A stretch of 64,000 nucleotides of DNA, taken from positions 70,596-134,595 of the IMG/VR virus record IMGVR_UViG_3300024313_000004. One strand, given 5' to 3'. The stretch is from a virus. The notes under the pieces were generated by a model that was not told the DNA's origin, made no database searches, and saw only the letters and a program-made list of their open reading frames with translations. Positions 9,922 to 20,931 of this stretch are shown here, in pieces. Position numbers and translations under genes: made by a program. Position 1 is the stretch's first letter. Every line of letters starts with the position of its first letter.

Positions 9922-12900
9922 TTATGCAAATCCACCTGCTGAAATAGCACCAGTTCTAAGTATTGTTACATTGTTGACAATGATTCCCATACCCTTAATT
10001 GGTTCTACATAAGTATCAAGTACACCAATTTGGTTATCGATAACCTCTGTTGTATTATTCTCTTCATCCATTTTATTGAAGTAGTTATATAAACCATTTT
10101 TACTTACGTAAGTCTCACAAATTACATCAGCTCTAAGTTTTATTTCAGATCTGATATCTGGTGTATTGTATCTCCATTGGAAGTCCAATAACATTCTTGA
10201 CAATTCTCTTTCAAGTTCTATCAATACCTCTCTAACGTGAATGTAAGAAAGAGCAGATTTATATAATGTTTGTGCAGTATTTTCGGTCTCAATAACATTC
10301 CCTCTATTTCGTTTGAAAACGATTGGATTTATTTGTGCACCATTTAACCATTCTATATCAGATGGTGTTAAATCCATTTCTAACCCAGCGATATTTGTAA
10401 TTCTACCATTAGTAACACCTGCTGCTATAGTCCAAGGTGTTATAGATCCAACATTTGATATATGTTTTCTCATATATGTTGTTGCTACGTGAGCTGCTGG
10501 TGGCATATCCAATGGTCTACCATTATCATTAACTGTTAAATATGGCATGAAGTAACCAACGCAAGTTGTACCCTCACCATCACCGAATGAGTAAAGGAAT
10601 GCTGGTCCACTCTCAGGATCTGCACCTTTTGCGATAAACTCTGCTTGAAGAACACCTTCAGAGTTTACGAATGTAGGTGAACTTGAGTTTTTGAATGACT
10701 TCATAGATGGCATGTTTAAAAATCCAAATGCATCTAATCTATCACCACATATATCAACCAATTGTTGTTTTGATCTCTCTGTTAAACCTAATCCAAACGA
10801 ATCTACTAAATATCTGAAGTCAATTGCTTCTTTGTTAGTTAATGCCTTAAAAATAGGAGTTCCTTTTGCAGTAAGATTTAATAATGTATTTTGTCTAGCT
10901 TCGGTACCATCTGGTAAAGATGCTTCTCTTACTCTAAATCCTTTTAATGGTATTGCTTTATAAGTGGTAGCATAATTATCTACCGTTTTATATCTTGTAG
11001 TTTGTAAGTCTGTTCCGAATGCAATAACTTTAATCTCTGAATCACAAGTTATCTCTACTAAGTCTACATTTCCTGAGTATTGTCTTTTAGAAACAATTCT
11101 AGTAAGTTTTCTTGGGTATTCCCCTGCTACTAGTGTATTTTCGTCATAGAATGCCTCTAAGAAATCACCAACTTTAACTTCTGTATATCTTGCACCATTA
11201 ACAAGAACCTTATTAGGAACTTGAGTATATCCTGTTGGTACCTCAATTTCTAAAGTTTGTTTGTAGTTTGATATTGCAGATTGTATCTCTATTGTACCTG
11301 CGGTATTTGTATCAACTTCTTCAAATGCTGTGAAAGTTTCATCCATAAAGTATGTATTTAACTTACCATCTGTATCTAAATACATTTTAAGGTAATGTTT
11401 TGTGTTAAAATCTTCAATTATAGAAACATTTTGAACTCTTTCATATGTAGTATTTTCACTTACTTTATAAACATAGTTGAATATACCTGCACCATCATCT
11501 ATAGTGGATATTAAATTATCAGATATTATTGTAAATGTTCCTGTGTTAGTAATTGCACTTGGTATAGATATAATATCATATAATTCTAATGCCGGATCTT
11601 CAGAAGAGTTGAATGCTATATAATCATATCCTGCTGCAGATGAAGTTGGTCCTACATTTATACCAGCTGTCAATCCAAATACCGAAACTGGTGACTCGCC
11701 ATTGAAGAAGTAGATATCACTTATAAATTCTTCACCACTTACATATGGTAAGTTATTTGCATTTTGTAAGATACCAAAAGGTATTCTGTTTGTATAGAAG
11801 AAATCTCCTGTGTTTATACTACCATTTTCATATTTTGTATAGAAGTTAGATTCTAAACCTACAACACCATATCCTGTTTCTGTTTCTGCAACTTCATTTT
11901 GAGTTTTAACACCTTTTGATCCGATTATGAATTCGTTATCCACTGTATATAAAACTAAAAATCCTTCGATAACATCTGATAATTCTACTGATGTTAAACC
12001 AGTGTTTAATACGAATGATTTATCTTGTGTTGTAGATGTTACTATATCTGTTATTGTCATTCCAGAAAGACTAGCCTTTTTACCACTAGTGTAGTTTAAA
12101 AGCATTGTCATTTTATCTTTATTAGTACTATCTATAAGTTCCACTAATCTATTGAACATTATAAATCTTCTATATTGTTCGTAGTTTTTAACACTTGGAG
12201 ATGCATCGGTATCTAAGAATGTTACTTTAATAGATCCTGATCCTAAATCTTCTACTAAATAGTCTGTACCAACTTCAAAGTTTTTGAATCCATCTTCATC
12301 AATATTTACATTTGTGAAACTTGGAGTTCCTGAAATCTCTTGTTGGTAAACATCAAATGTTACATAACCTAATACAATATCGGTAGATGCAACTGTTGGA
12401 TTTGTTGAATTGGAACTATTTACAACTTTGAAACTACCTGTAGAATCTAACACGAAAGTAGAAACGTAACTAGCAGTCGAACTACTATATACATAGTTAT
12501 CCGTAGAAATTGATAATGTAACAGGATTTGAATCTAATTCAACCATGTTATCACCAACTACTGAGAATGCAATTGCATCAGTGTTTAATAATGAATATGT
12601 GGCAACAATTGAGTTTGTTCCAAAAGATGGTGATAATTCACCTAAATAGTCTGCGGCTACATTATAAACATATCCTTCTGAGAAGTATGATGTTCTGTTG
12701 TTACCATTTGCAACCCATCCATTCACTTTAGGTGTACCATATGTATGGTTAGTACCCTGTGAATTATATGCCCAAGATGCAGAACCACCTAATAGAGCAG
12801 TTACGTTACCTGGTAAATCTAATGGAGTTGAAGTCATTTCAACTTCTTCAGAAATCACATCTTTATAAGAAAGGAATTCTATATTAGTTTCATTTTTACC

Positions 12901-13845
12901 TGCAATTGTATGTCCAATTAAATCTAATTTACCATTAAAGAAATCTGTTTCAACTAAATCGTTATTAAACGCACAGAAAACTCCGGTTCTATCTGTATCT
13001 CTATTTATTACCGTTTCGATAAATATATTTCTACCATTATCATCTCTAAAATATGGAATTAAAGAAAGTCCTTCATAATAAGATAGAAGGGTGATATTTC
13101 TATCATTTGCAAATTCTCTAACTTTATCTTTTCTAAGACCATCGGCATTGAAGTATGTACTCCATCTAGAATCGACTGCTAAGTCTCTATAGTTTGACCA
13201 GTCTCCACCTACAACAATAACATCGACCATATAGTCAGATGCGTAATCATTTGAACTAATGTAAGGTGGCATCTTTTCAACTGAACCATACCATTCGATT
13301 AAAGTTCTATCAAAACCTGTTACCGAAGACTTAAATGCAAATACTGTAACATATCTATCTGATAGATTGGTTAAACTAAATGCTCTTTCGGAATATCCTG
13401 TATTACTTTTTGTTAAGTTGATGAATGATTCAGTATCTCTTTTCCAGAAACCTGTTGTATCAAAGAATCTTCTATAAGGACCTACTCTATCAACATCATT
13501 TAAATAATCTGCTGATGTAGATAAAGATTTATACTCAATAGTATCTAAGTTGTCATCTGTTAGTAGTAGGTTTACTGCAAAAACTGGTGCAGTTTCCAAC
13601 ATTTTAGAAATAGTTCTGTGAAAAAAAGAGCCTTTTCTTTCCAAGCTTCTATCCAATTGACCGAAGATTGCTTCTAAATCAGAATTATTAGTAATTCTGA
13701 TAGGTGTGTTAACAGGTCCTTTTTTAGAGACACCGATTACTAAATTTGTAATACCACCTTCAGCAACTGGAGTTGCGATAACTGAGTTATCATATTCTTC
13801 TAAGAATATCCCTGGTCTTTTGTATTTTCCAATTTGAATTGCCAT
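9922..13845 (-). CDS. Tail sheath protein (T4 gp18-like) with large central insertion, 1307 aa
   Basis: N-term RPGIFLEEYD..GVSKKGPVNTP; C-term PPAAHVA, AGVTNGRI, INPI, LSYIHVREVL, YVEPIKGM. Confidence 0.92.
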   Translation of the reverse strand: MAIQIGKYKRPGIFLEEYDNSVIATPVAEGGITNLVIGVSKKGPVNTPIRITNNSDLEAIFGQLDRSLERKGSFFHRTISKMLETAPVFAVNLLLTDDNLDTIEYKSLSTSADYLNDVDRVGPYRRFFDTTGFWKRDTESFINLTKSNTGYSERAFSLTNLSDRYVTVFAFKSSVTGFDRTLIEWYGSVEKMPPYISSNDYASDYMVDVIVVGGDWSNYRDLAVDSRWSTYFNADGLRKDKVREFANDRNITLLSYYEGLSLIPYFRDDNGRNIFIETVINRDTDRTGVFCAFNNDLVETDFFNGKLDLIGHTIAGKNETNIEFLSYKDVISEEVEMTSTPLDLPGNVTALLGGSASWAYNSQGTNHTYGTPKVNGWVANGNNRTSYFSEGYVYNVAADYLGELSPSFGTNSIVATYSLLNTDAIAFSVVGDNMVELDSNPVTLSISTDNYVYSSSTASYVSTFVLDSTGSFKVVNSSNSTNPTVASTDIVLGYVTFDVYQQEISGTPSFTNVNIDEDGFKNFEVGTDYLVEDLGSGSIKVTFLDTDASPSVKNYEQYRRFIMFNRLVELIDSTNKDKMTMLLNYTSGKKASLSGMTITDIVTSTTQDKSFVLNTGLTSVELSDVIEGFLVLYTVDNEFIIGSKGVKTQNEVAETETGYGVVGLESNFYTKYENGSINTGDFFYTNRIPFGILQNANNLPYVSGEEFISDIYFFNGESPVSVFGLTAGINVGPTSSAAGYDYIAFNSSEDPALELYDIISIPSAITNTGTFTIISDNLISTIDDGAGIFNYVYKVSENTTYERVQNVSIIEDFNTKHYLKMYLDTDGKLNTYFMDETFTAFEEVDTNTAGTIEIQSAISNYKQTLEIEVPTGYTQVPNKVLVNGARYTEVKVGDFLEAFYDENTLVAGEYPRKLTRIVSKRQYSGNVDLVEITCDSEIKVIAFGTDLQTTRYKTVDNYATTYKAIPLKGFRVREASLPDGTEARQNTLLNLTAKGTPIFKALTNKEAIDFRYLVDSFGLGLTERSKQQLVDICGDRLDAFGFLNMPSMKSFKNSSSPTFVNSEGVLQAEFIAKGADPESGPAFLYSFGDGEGTTCVGYFMPYLTVNDNGRPLDMPPAAHVATTYMRKHISNVGSITPWTIAAGVTNGRITNIAGLEMDLTPSDIEWLNGAQINPIVFKRNRGNVIETENTAQTLYKSALSYIHVREVLIELERELSRMLLDFQWRYNTPDIRSEIKLRADVICETYVSKNGLYNYFNKMDEENNTTEVIDNQIGVLDTYVEPIKGMGIIVNNVTILRTGAISAGGFA

Positions 13846-13874
13846 ATTTTTAGTTTAATTTTTTATAGTTAAAG

Positions 13875-13883
13875 TATATATAA
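13875..13883 (-). promoter_or_regulatory. Late-promoter-like motif for sheath
   Basis: TTATATATA on minus strand about 30 nt before ATG 13845. Confidence 0.55.
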
Positions 13884-13904
13884 AATGTAAAAAGTGATAT
13901 TTTT

Positions 13905-14465
13905 CTATTTTTTTATATCATCTGTTATTTTTTTAGAAGAATCTACTAATTCCTTTTTTATATCATCCATTTTCTTCTTTAAATCACTTTCTGCAGTTGT
14001 TAAGTCTTTTTGTGTGTCAATTATTTCTTGGCCTTTCAACTTTTGTTTTGATTTTATGTCGTTTATAGTATTTGTCTTCGATTCTACGGAACTATCACTA
14101 CTATTATCAGAGTTTAATAATTTTAAATCCTCTTGATTTTGATATAAATCATCATTGTACTTGACCAATTCATCTTGTATCTTTTTTATTCTGCTCTGAA
14201 GACTCAAAACTTTTGTATATCCTTCGATAAAGGGGTTATTTGGAAATTTATCTCTTATCTCATTTATCTTATCCTTTAGTATAGTATCACCATCATCTGA
14301 TTTTATATTTGTAAATGTACGATCCAGTTCGGCCTTTACTTTTGGATATTCCTTTATACTTTTCTCTAAATCATTTAACTTTTCCTTAGCGAGCATTATC
14401 TCTGGTCTATCTGTTACCTCAACATTTATATTCTCAAAATGTTTGAATTTTTTTAAGTATTTCAT
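13905..14465 (-). CDS. Coiled-coil protein with capsid-targeting-like N-terminus
   Basis: MKYLKKFKHFENINVE; heptad-rich helices. Confidence 0.65.
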   Translation of the reverse strand: MKYLKKFKHFENINVEVTDRPEIMLAKEKLNDLEKSIKEYPKVKAELDRTFTNIKSDDGDTILKDKINEIRDKFPNNPFIEGYTKVLSLQSRIKKIQDELVKYNDDLYQNQEDLKLLNSDNSSDSSVESKTNTINDIKSKQKLKGQEIIDTQKDLTTAESDLKKKMDDIKKELVDSSKKITDDIKK

Positions 14466-14468
14466 AGT

Positions 14469-17400
14469 TTATTTAATATTTGTATCTTTTATACCTTCGG
14501 TTGAACTTATATTTTCGAATCCACCATACTCTTTAATATTTTTTTCAGTTGAACTTTTGTCAATTTTAACCCTTTTAAAATCATCTTTAGTTGAACCTCT
14601 ACTTAAATCTACTATGTGATTGGCCTTTATTATTTTCCAATTATTTTCTTTCTTAACAACTTTAGTTCCTTTATTGTCTGATTTCTTATCATCATTAACT
14701 CTCATAACACTATTTATAGTTATAGAGTTTGGGAGATTAAATTTACCATCTTTGTACAACTCTGTTGATTTTATACGTGTTGCCATAATTGGATAAATCT
14801 CACCATTTGGATCCTTCTCATTAAATTGATTAATTTCTTTGTTTAAATTAACCGTTGTTCTACTAAATTTTTGAAGACTCTTTTTAAGATAAAATGCAGT
14901 TTCGGAATAGTTAATATATAAAAAGTTATCTTTTATTTCTTGTATTTGGAAATAAAATCTCTTTCCGTTACCACCATTCTCAGAAATAAGTAGTGAGAAC
15001 CAAGTATACTCTAAAGAGTTCTCGTTTTTAATTTTTATACTTGTTTCTCTACCATCGACAAGACTTACTTCTACCGATTTTATATTATTAGCAACTCCTG
15101 TTACAACACCACCGTCACCACCGTAATATAGATTACTATCATTCTTATCATCTTTATATCCAAAATATTTATCTAGGAATTTAGCTTGTGCACCTTGTTC
15201 TTTACCTGAACCACCTTTGTATAGCTCATCACCATCCAACATATCAGTCATGAATTTTCTTAGGTTCATACCTGCCTTTTCTATATACTCATCTCCAACT
15301 TTTAATTTAGTACCGACATTGAATATTGCTTGATATTTTTTATCTTTTTTAACATCCAATACACAATTTTCCCATTGATTAAAAATTGCATTATTTCTAT
15401 ATGGTCCACCACTTGCACCTGCGGTCTCTGGGGTACCACCTCCAAAACTATGATATTCTAAAAATGTTTTGTTAGATACTTTACCACCAGATCTACCAGT
15501 TGGAATAACTTGTGTTGTGTGTAACTTATATGCTCTATTAAATACTTTCACAATCTCTAATATAGGATCCATACCATCTATTACAATAGAATCTTTTTTC
15601 TCTGCAAGTTTTTTATCTAAATTTACTCTTACTTTATCAACTTCAGTTTTTTCTAAAATCCATATTTTTAGATCCATTTTTTTATCCCACCAGTCTTGTA
15701 TTTTGGTAACACTATTTGGATTTTTCCACTCACTTACTTCACTGTTATTGTCATTTGTAGTATCTTCCGTTGGATCTTCGGTATCTTCCGTTGGATCCGT
15801 AGTATCCTCTTCTTTCTTAAATCCAATTTTATTTTCGGTATAATCTGCCTCATTCATACTTAAAAAAGATTTATATCTAAGTAGAGTTTTAGACTCTTCT
15901 AAAACTTTCTCAACATCATCCATAGACTTTGTAAACTCTTTACCACTTTTATCTTTGAAGATGAGATTTCTACCATCAATCCTTAATATTTCTTTAGTTA
16001 TTTTCTTCCCGGTATCTCTACTATTCCAAGTAACCGTATCTCCTTCGTTCCATTTACTAGTCACTTCAAGAACATACTTCATGGATTCGTTGAATCCCTT
16101 TATATCATCCGTAAATACATCCCACGTCTCTCCCTTAACTTCAATTTTGTTTGTTTCATCAATATAAATAATGAAGCTACCATCGGGCTTTTCTTTAGTC
16201 ACCGTATATATGTCTGCTATATATTTACCTATTTCATTCGACTTTTCTAATATCGTATGTACATCTTCGTTTATTCCATTTATAGATCTTATGTTTGTAT
16301 ATATTTTATCTATGCTTAATTTATACTTTTCATAACCGTCGTTTGTTGTTCTATCGTCAGAATTTAAAAACTTATGGAATTCACCATCTTTTATCAATAT
16401 GTTTGGTTCGCTTTTAAATGCTAAATACAATGGTTTTATTACATCCCATAGTTTTTTAGTATCTAAATCTAACTTACGCTCATCTTTCGAACTTGTGATG
16501 AATTTCCATATTTTACCAACAATTTTACCGATAGGTTTACCCACTTTAGATGTGTTTGTATCGTTAGTATCTTCATCTATTTTTAGAAAATCATCATATT
16601 TCATTAATTTGGATTCAGTTTGAATTTGTTTCGGTGTTTTTTCTTTACTTTTGGCAACCGTAACATTTTCTTCACCTGGTAAAGGTTTTAGTTGATTTTT
16701 AGGAACGCTCATAGTTTTTTTATACATTCCTTTTACATCTTTAAATGCAACAAAAGCATGATCTCTCTTTATAACATCGGTTCCGATTATATCATCTTTT
16801 GTGAGAAATTCTTTATCTGGTCCAGCCTTTTTTGTTTTATCTAAAGAAATAATTTTAACAGGGTTTTCTTTACCACTTTTATTTGTAAATACATATTCTT
16901 TACCAATTTCAAACTCACCTTCTGTTGAAGATTGTTTATTTGTCTGTTGTGTTGGTGATTCTGTTGAATTTACTACATTTTTTATTTCCTGTGTTATTCC
17001 TTGATAAGTCAATAAAATATCAAATAAATACTTAAAGTTTTCTAAATATGTTTCCGTTTCTGTTCTTTTTTCTTCATTTTTGTAATCATCATCTTCTGAT
17101 TCACCCTCTTCAAATTGTTCTAAATATTTTTTCCATTCATTCAATTGTCTTAGTAGTTCATTTTTATCTTCTAAATCCTTATTCGAATTAACTTCTAAAA
17201 TTGCAGATTCTGTTAGATTCAATAATTCAATCTTTGCTTCACCCTTTTCTACAGCATCTTGAAGAGCTATTAGATATGTTGATATTAAAGCCTTTGCATA
17301 TAGTCTTTTATCATTTTCGTCCAACTCTGCAACTGATGAGGTTAATAAAATATCATCCATTGAATCTCTGAGTCTTTGTTCAACTGACTTTATTCTTAAA

Positions 17401-17609
17401 AGATTTGCACCTATTTTGGCTTTCCTTAATGTTGAATTTATTAATCTACCTAATAATGAATCACCCCAACCAACATTATTGACAAAGGGACCACCTACTA
17501 CATCTTCATTTATGGTTTTAATATTTTCGGAATTTGTATATTTATCTTTAATTTTTAAAATATTATTATAATTTTTTAAAAAATCTTCTCTTCTATTAAT
17601 ATATTTCAT
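14469..17609 (-). CDS. Large (1046 aa) putative internal head/ejection protein with repeated targeting-like motifs
   Basis: MKYINRREDF; internal LMKYDDFLKIDE and LLRYKSFLSMNE; many INE/LEE sites; late-promoter motif upstream. Confidence 0.55.
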   Translation of the reverse strand: MKYINRREDFLKNYNNILKIKDKYTNSENIKTINEDVVGGPFVNNVGWGDSLLGRLINSTLRKAKIGANLLRIKSVEQRLRDSMDDILLTSSVAELDENDKRLYAKALISTYLIALQDAVEKGEAKIELLNLTESAILEVNSNKDLEDKNELLRQLNEWKKYLEQFEEGESEDDDYKNEEKRTETETYLENFKYLFDILLTYQGITQEIKNVVNSTESPTQQTNKQSSTEGEFEIGKEYVFTNKSGKENPVKIISLDKTKKAGPDKEFLTKDDIIGTDVIKRDHAFVAFKDVKGMYKKTMSVPKNQLKPLPGEENVTVAKSKEKTPKQIQTESKLMKYDDFLKIDEDTNDTNTSKVGKPIGKIVGKIWKFITSSKDERKLDLDTKKLWDVIKPLYLAFKSEPNILIKDGEFHKFLNSDDRTTNDGYEKYKLSIDKIYTNIRSINGINEDVHTILEKSNEIGKYIADIYTVTKEKPDGSFIIYIDETNKIEVKGETWDVFTDDIKGFNESMKYVLEVTSKWNEGDTVTWNSRDTGKKITKEILRIDGRNLIFKDKSGKEFTKSMDDVEKVLEESKTLLRYKSFLSMNEADYTENKIGFKKEEDTTDPTEDTEDPTEDTTNDNNSEVSEWKNPNSVTKIQDWWDKKMDLKIWILEKTEVDKVRVNLDKKLAEKKDSIVIDGMDPILEIVKVFNRAYKLHTTQVIPTGRSGGKVSNKTFLEYHSFGGGTPETAGASGGPYRNNAIFNQWENCVLDVKKDKKYQAIFNVGTKLKVGDEYIEKAGMNLRKFMTDMLDGDELYKGGSGKEQGAQAKFLDKYFGYKDDKNDSNLYYGGDGGVVTGVANNIKSVEVSLVDGRETSIKIKNENSLEYTWFSLLISENGGNGKRFYFQIQEIKDNFLYINYSETAFYLKKSLQKFSRTTVNLNKEINQFNEKDPNGEIYPIMATRIKSTELYKDGKFNLPNSITINSVMRVNDDKKSDNKGTKVVKKENNWKIIKANHIVDLSRGSTKDDFKRVKIDKSSTEKNIKEYGGFENISSTEGIKDTNIK

Positions 17610-17651
17610 TATTAAAAATCTATTTTTTGGTATATATTAAAGTTTTAATAT

Positions 17652-18080
17652 ATGTTTTCCTTTTTTAATCAGAAAAAATTCACTATATTTGTAGAACAAA
17701 ATAAAGAAAATATGAAAGATATAATTTGCGTTGACCTTACGATACTTAGTGATGATGAACTTAAAGAATTCTGCGTTGGGTATAATTTAATGTATGATAG
17801 TATTTTAAATCTTAAAGAAAGAACATATGCAAAGTTATGGTTAACTAAAGATGGTATACTAATTGCGTTCAATCTTGTTGAAGAAAATATTTTTGAAATT
17901 GATGATTTTGAGACAATTAGATTATTTAATAAATTCTTACCTGAATTATTGGCAGTAGAGGTATATGAACCGGTTAAAATTCCAATTATTTTAGAGGTTG
18001 ATGTTATCTTAGAAAAGATATCTAAATATGGTGTTGATTCTATAACCAAAGAAGAAAAAGACTTCTTAGATAATCAATAA
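17652..18080 (+). CDS. Protein with C-terminal DUF6576-like motif
   Basis: VDVILEKISKYGVDSITKEEKDFL, like the tail of Bacteroidota rhomboid proteases. Confidence 0.55.
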   Translation: MFSFFNQKKFTIFVEQNKENMKDIICVDLTILSDDELKEFCVGYNLMYDSILNLKERTYAKLWLTKDGILIAFNLVEENIFEIDDFETIRLFNKFLPELLAVEVYEPVKIPIILEVDVILEKISKYGVDSITKEEKDFLDNQ

Positions 18081-18235
18081 CTTAATTTTTAAATAAAATA
18101 ATATTCAAAATTTATTAAAAATCCACGATTATAAAAAAAAAATTATAGAATCTCTAAAAAAAGACAATAAATAAGGTTATTGATTTTTATATTATATAAT
18201 ATTGAATATATAAGATATAAAAAAAAGTCTCCAAT

Positions 18236-18520
18236 ATGAGATATATCGAATTAAAACATAATGGTAAAGTCTTTACCAATGAAAGTGAAATAAATAAAAT
18301 ACTAATATCAAATAAATTATACTGGCTTATAGATTCTGAGTTTGAGAACGCAATTCTCGAATTAAGAAATAATACTATAATATGGTATAGTGGTGACTTC
18401 TACTCTGGTGATTGGCACTATGGTATATTTAAGGGGGGTTCATTTCATGGTGTTTGGGAAAATGGAATCTTTGAAAACGGAAATTTTAATGGTAAATGGG
18501 TAGAGGGAATCAAGTTATGA
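18236..18520 (+). CDS. Hypothetical protein with Gx[FW] short repeats
   Basis: GDFYSGDWHYGIFKGGSFHGVWENGIFENGNF. Confidence 0.6.
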   Translation: MRYIELKHNGKVFTNESEINKILISNKLYWLIDSEFENAILELRNNTIIWYSGDFYSGDWHYGIFKGGSFHGVWENGIFENGNFNGKWVEGIKL

Positions 18521-18542
18521 TCTAAAAAATAAACAAATAACT

Positions 18543-18998
18543 ATGAAAAGGAGAAAAGTTGCTCTAAAAACGGTTGGGAGAAACGATGTCTATAATAATG
18601 GAATCGTTAGAATTACTAAAGAAGAAAATATATATTTTTTTGAAATTGGTAATGAGTTAACCAGTGATATAGCAGAGGCGGTTGTCCTATTAATGAGAAA
18701 ATTTGATTGGGATGATAATATATGGAATTTAGAACTTGGTGAAGTTGATACAGAGAACATAACACCTGAGAAGTCTCTATTTTGGTTAACGGGTGGATAT
18801 ACGGAGTGGAGAACATTAGATAATTATAGTAAACCTTGGTGTGATTGCTATTTAGATTTTCAAGAAGAGTATGGTATGTTGATAATTAACATAGTAAAGC
18901 GAAGTAAAAAAATAAGTGAAATAAGAGATAATTATTGTAAGTATCTTAATTTACCTATACTTTATGATTTTGCATTAAGTAAAAATATGATAAAATAA
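18543..18998 (+). CDS. Hypothetical protein
   Basis: ORF track; followed by hairpin. Confidence 0.6.
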   Translation: MKRRKVALKTVGRNDVYNNGIVRITKEENIYFFEIGNELTSDIAEAVVLLMRKFDWDDNIWNLELGEVDTENITPEKSLFWLTGGYTEWRTLDNYSKPWCDCYLDFQEEYGMLIINIVKRSKKISEIRDNYCKYLNLPILYDFALSKNMIK

Positions 18999-18999
18999 T

Positions 19000-19038
19000 A
19001 AAAAATAAAACACATAAAATAATGTGTTTTATTTTTTT
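19000..19038. terminator. Intrinsic terminator-like hairpin
   Basis: AAAAAATAAAACACAT-AAAATA-ATGTGTTTTATTTTTT. Confidence 0.7.
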
Positions 19039-19049
19039 ATATATACTTT

Positions 19050-19289
19050 ATGGATAATAAATTGGCGGTTTGTAGTAGTCCTTGGTGTAAGGCAACATTT
19101 TCTTATACTGATAGTGATATGGTTGGTAATGAAGATGTTAAATCACCACCTAAAAATTGTCCAAAATGTATAAGTTTTGATAATGAACTTAGTGGTGGTG
19201 TTACTTGGCTCGATAAAGAATATGAGGGTAGTAGATTTGATGTTATGCCACATGAAATAAAATATAAAGTAACAAATTTTAGACTATGA
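19050..19289 (+). CDS. Small zinc-ribbon-like protein
   Basis: CSSPWC ... CPKC. Confidence 0.6.
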   Translation: MDNKLAVCSSPWCKATFSYTDSDMVGNEDVKSPPKNCPKCISFDNELSGGVTWLDKEYEGSRFDVMPHEIKYKVTNFRL

Positions 19290-20131
19290 ATGCACATTTT
19301 TTTGACATAGAGACTATCTTGGTCATGGATAGCAAGGTTTGGTTGGTTGATAAGAATAGTCCAAATTTTCCAGTATTCAAAATTAGCAATTCTGACTTTA
19401 ACCTTATAAGAAGTGGAATATACAAAAGTAAAAAAAATTCTATATATTTTGGTGGATCATCTTATTGGTTACCGGATGATTTAATGAATAGTATTAAAAT
19501 AAAGTGTAAAAATCTTAATATAGATATAACAGATCTAACATTTTCTATGCAGGAATTTATGAATTCTGATATAATAGAAACACTTGATTATGATATTAAT
19601 ATAGATAACTTAATACACTTAAAAAATAAAAATGATGATATCTATTTTATTTGCTCTAAAAACAATAAAAAAAATTATGATAAAATAATTAAGAAGATTG
19701 AGAATAAGTTAGAGGAAGTTGGTCTTTTTATTAAAAAATATTATTTTATATCAGATACATTTTACAATAGAGACTTAGATGATATATCACATAAAAAGAT
19801 TAGGTTATTATTACAACATTCAATTGGAATGAAAACAGATGGTGATAAATTTGTTGACGATGAACTTCAAAGTTATGATGATATTTACTTCTATGATGAT
19901 GATCAAAATACAATAAGTCTTGGTATAAAATGTAATAACCTTTTACAACTTATTATTGATAATAGTGATTCTGATATAAAATCCGAGATAATTGATTTAT
20001 TAAAATCTGAGAATAAAAATATTTATTTTAATTTTGTTAGTACTAACAAGGTTAAAAGATTTTCAACTACCAAGGTTGTAATAAAATATAACATGATAAA
20101 GACTTTTGAGAATTTTAATTGGAAGAAATAG
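19286..20131 (+). CDS. Degenerate HAD-fold protein with C-terminal KTFENF motif
   Basis: HFFDIET (motif I, second Asp replaced by Glu) and IYFYDDD; ends MIKTFENFNWKK. Confidence 0.5.
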   Translation: MNAHFFDIETILVMDSKVWLVDKNSPNFPVFKISNSDFNLIRSGIYKSKKNSIYFGGSSYWLPDDLMNSIKIKCKNLNIDITDLTFSMQEFMNSDIIETLDYDINIDNLIHLKNKNDDIYFICSKNNKKNYDKIIKKIENKLEEVGLFIKKYYFISDTFYNRDLDDISHKKIRLLLQHSIGMKTDGDKFVDDELQSYDDIYFYDDDQNTISLGIKCNNLLQLIIDNSDSDIKSEIIDLLKSENKNIYFNFVSTNKVKRFSTTKVVIKYNMIKTFENFNWKK

Positions 20132-20132
20132 A

Positions 20133-20756
20133 CTATTTATTCTTATCTTGTTCTTTATTCAACATTGCCATCTTAATCATATCATTCAATTTTCTATTAT
20201 CAGTTATCTCACCTTCTGGTTTTGACTCTATCTCTTCTGATACTTGTGTTTCTTGTTCAATCTCTTCGTATCCTAAATCCTTTCTAAGTGTTTTATAGAA
20301 CTTTTCCAATTCGGTCTTTTGTCCAGATAAAAACTTGGCATTTTCTCTTATTTGACCAACTGTTTGATTGACAACTTCATGCATTCTTGCAGAATTATCG
20401 CCATTATCAACTTGCCTCATTTGTGTAAGTAAATTCTTTCTAGTCATCTTTGTTAAGAAGATTGCTTCTGCATAAACCATAGCATCCTCTTTCATTTTAC
20501 TTTTTATATAAGGATGTTCTTTTAATTTAGGAACATCACCTAAGTATAAATCTACAAGTGGTTCAACAACATCCATTGCTTGTTGACTTGCAACTGTTAA
20601 ATCCGAATCATAGTCATATATTTCAATTTCTCCCAAATCGGGTAGATCCTCTGGTCTTGCAAGATGTTTAGAAAAGTCGAAATCACCGTTTTCTGACTGT
20701 ATTTCGTCAAATTCGTATTTTATTCTATTTTTTTCATTTTCTTCTTTTTTAGACAT
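20133..20756 (-). CDS. Candidate terminase small subunit (T4 gp16-like)
   Basis: DNSARMHEVVNQTVGQIRENAKFL resembles the gp16 PRAYEVxxQL helix; adjacent and divergent to TerL. Confidence 0.5.
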   Translation of the reverse strand: MSKKEENEKNRIKYEFDEIQSENGDFDFSKHLARPEDLPDLGEIEIYDYDSDLTVASQQAMDVVEPLVDLYLGDVPKLKEHPYIKSKMKEDAMVYAEAIFLTKMTRKNLLTQMRQVDNGDNSARMHEVVNQTVGQIRENAKFLSGQKTELEKFYKTLRKDLGYEEIEQETQVSEEIESKPEGEITDNRKLNDMIKMAMLNKEQDKNK

Positions 20757-20931
20757 GGTTTATATGATTATTTTTAGTTTTTTCTTTTTCTAAAAAGTTT
20801 TTAAGAATCTTATCCATTAGTTTTGATTTATTAATTGAATTCTCTTCACAATATTGTTCAAACTCTTTGTAAGTCTCTATGTCTACAGAGAAACCAACTT
20901 TTAATTTATTTACTCCCGATTTTCTTCCCAT
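20749..20931 (-). CDS. Ribbon-helix-helix DNA-binding protein
   Basis: KVGFSVDIETYKEFEQYCEENSINKSKLMDKILKNFL strand-helix-helix pattern. Confidence 0.7.
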   Translation of the reverse strand: MGRKSGVNKLKVGFSVDIETYKEFEQYCEENSINKSKLMDKILKNFLEKEKTKNNHINHV

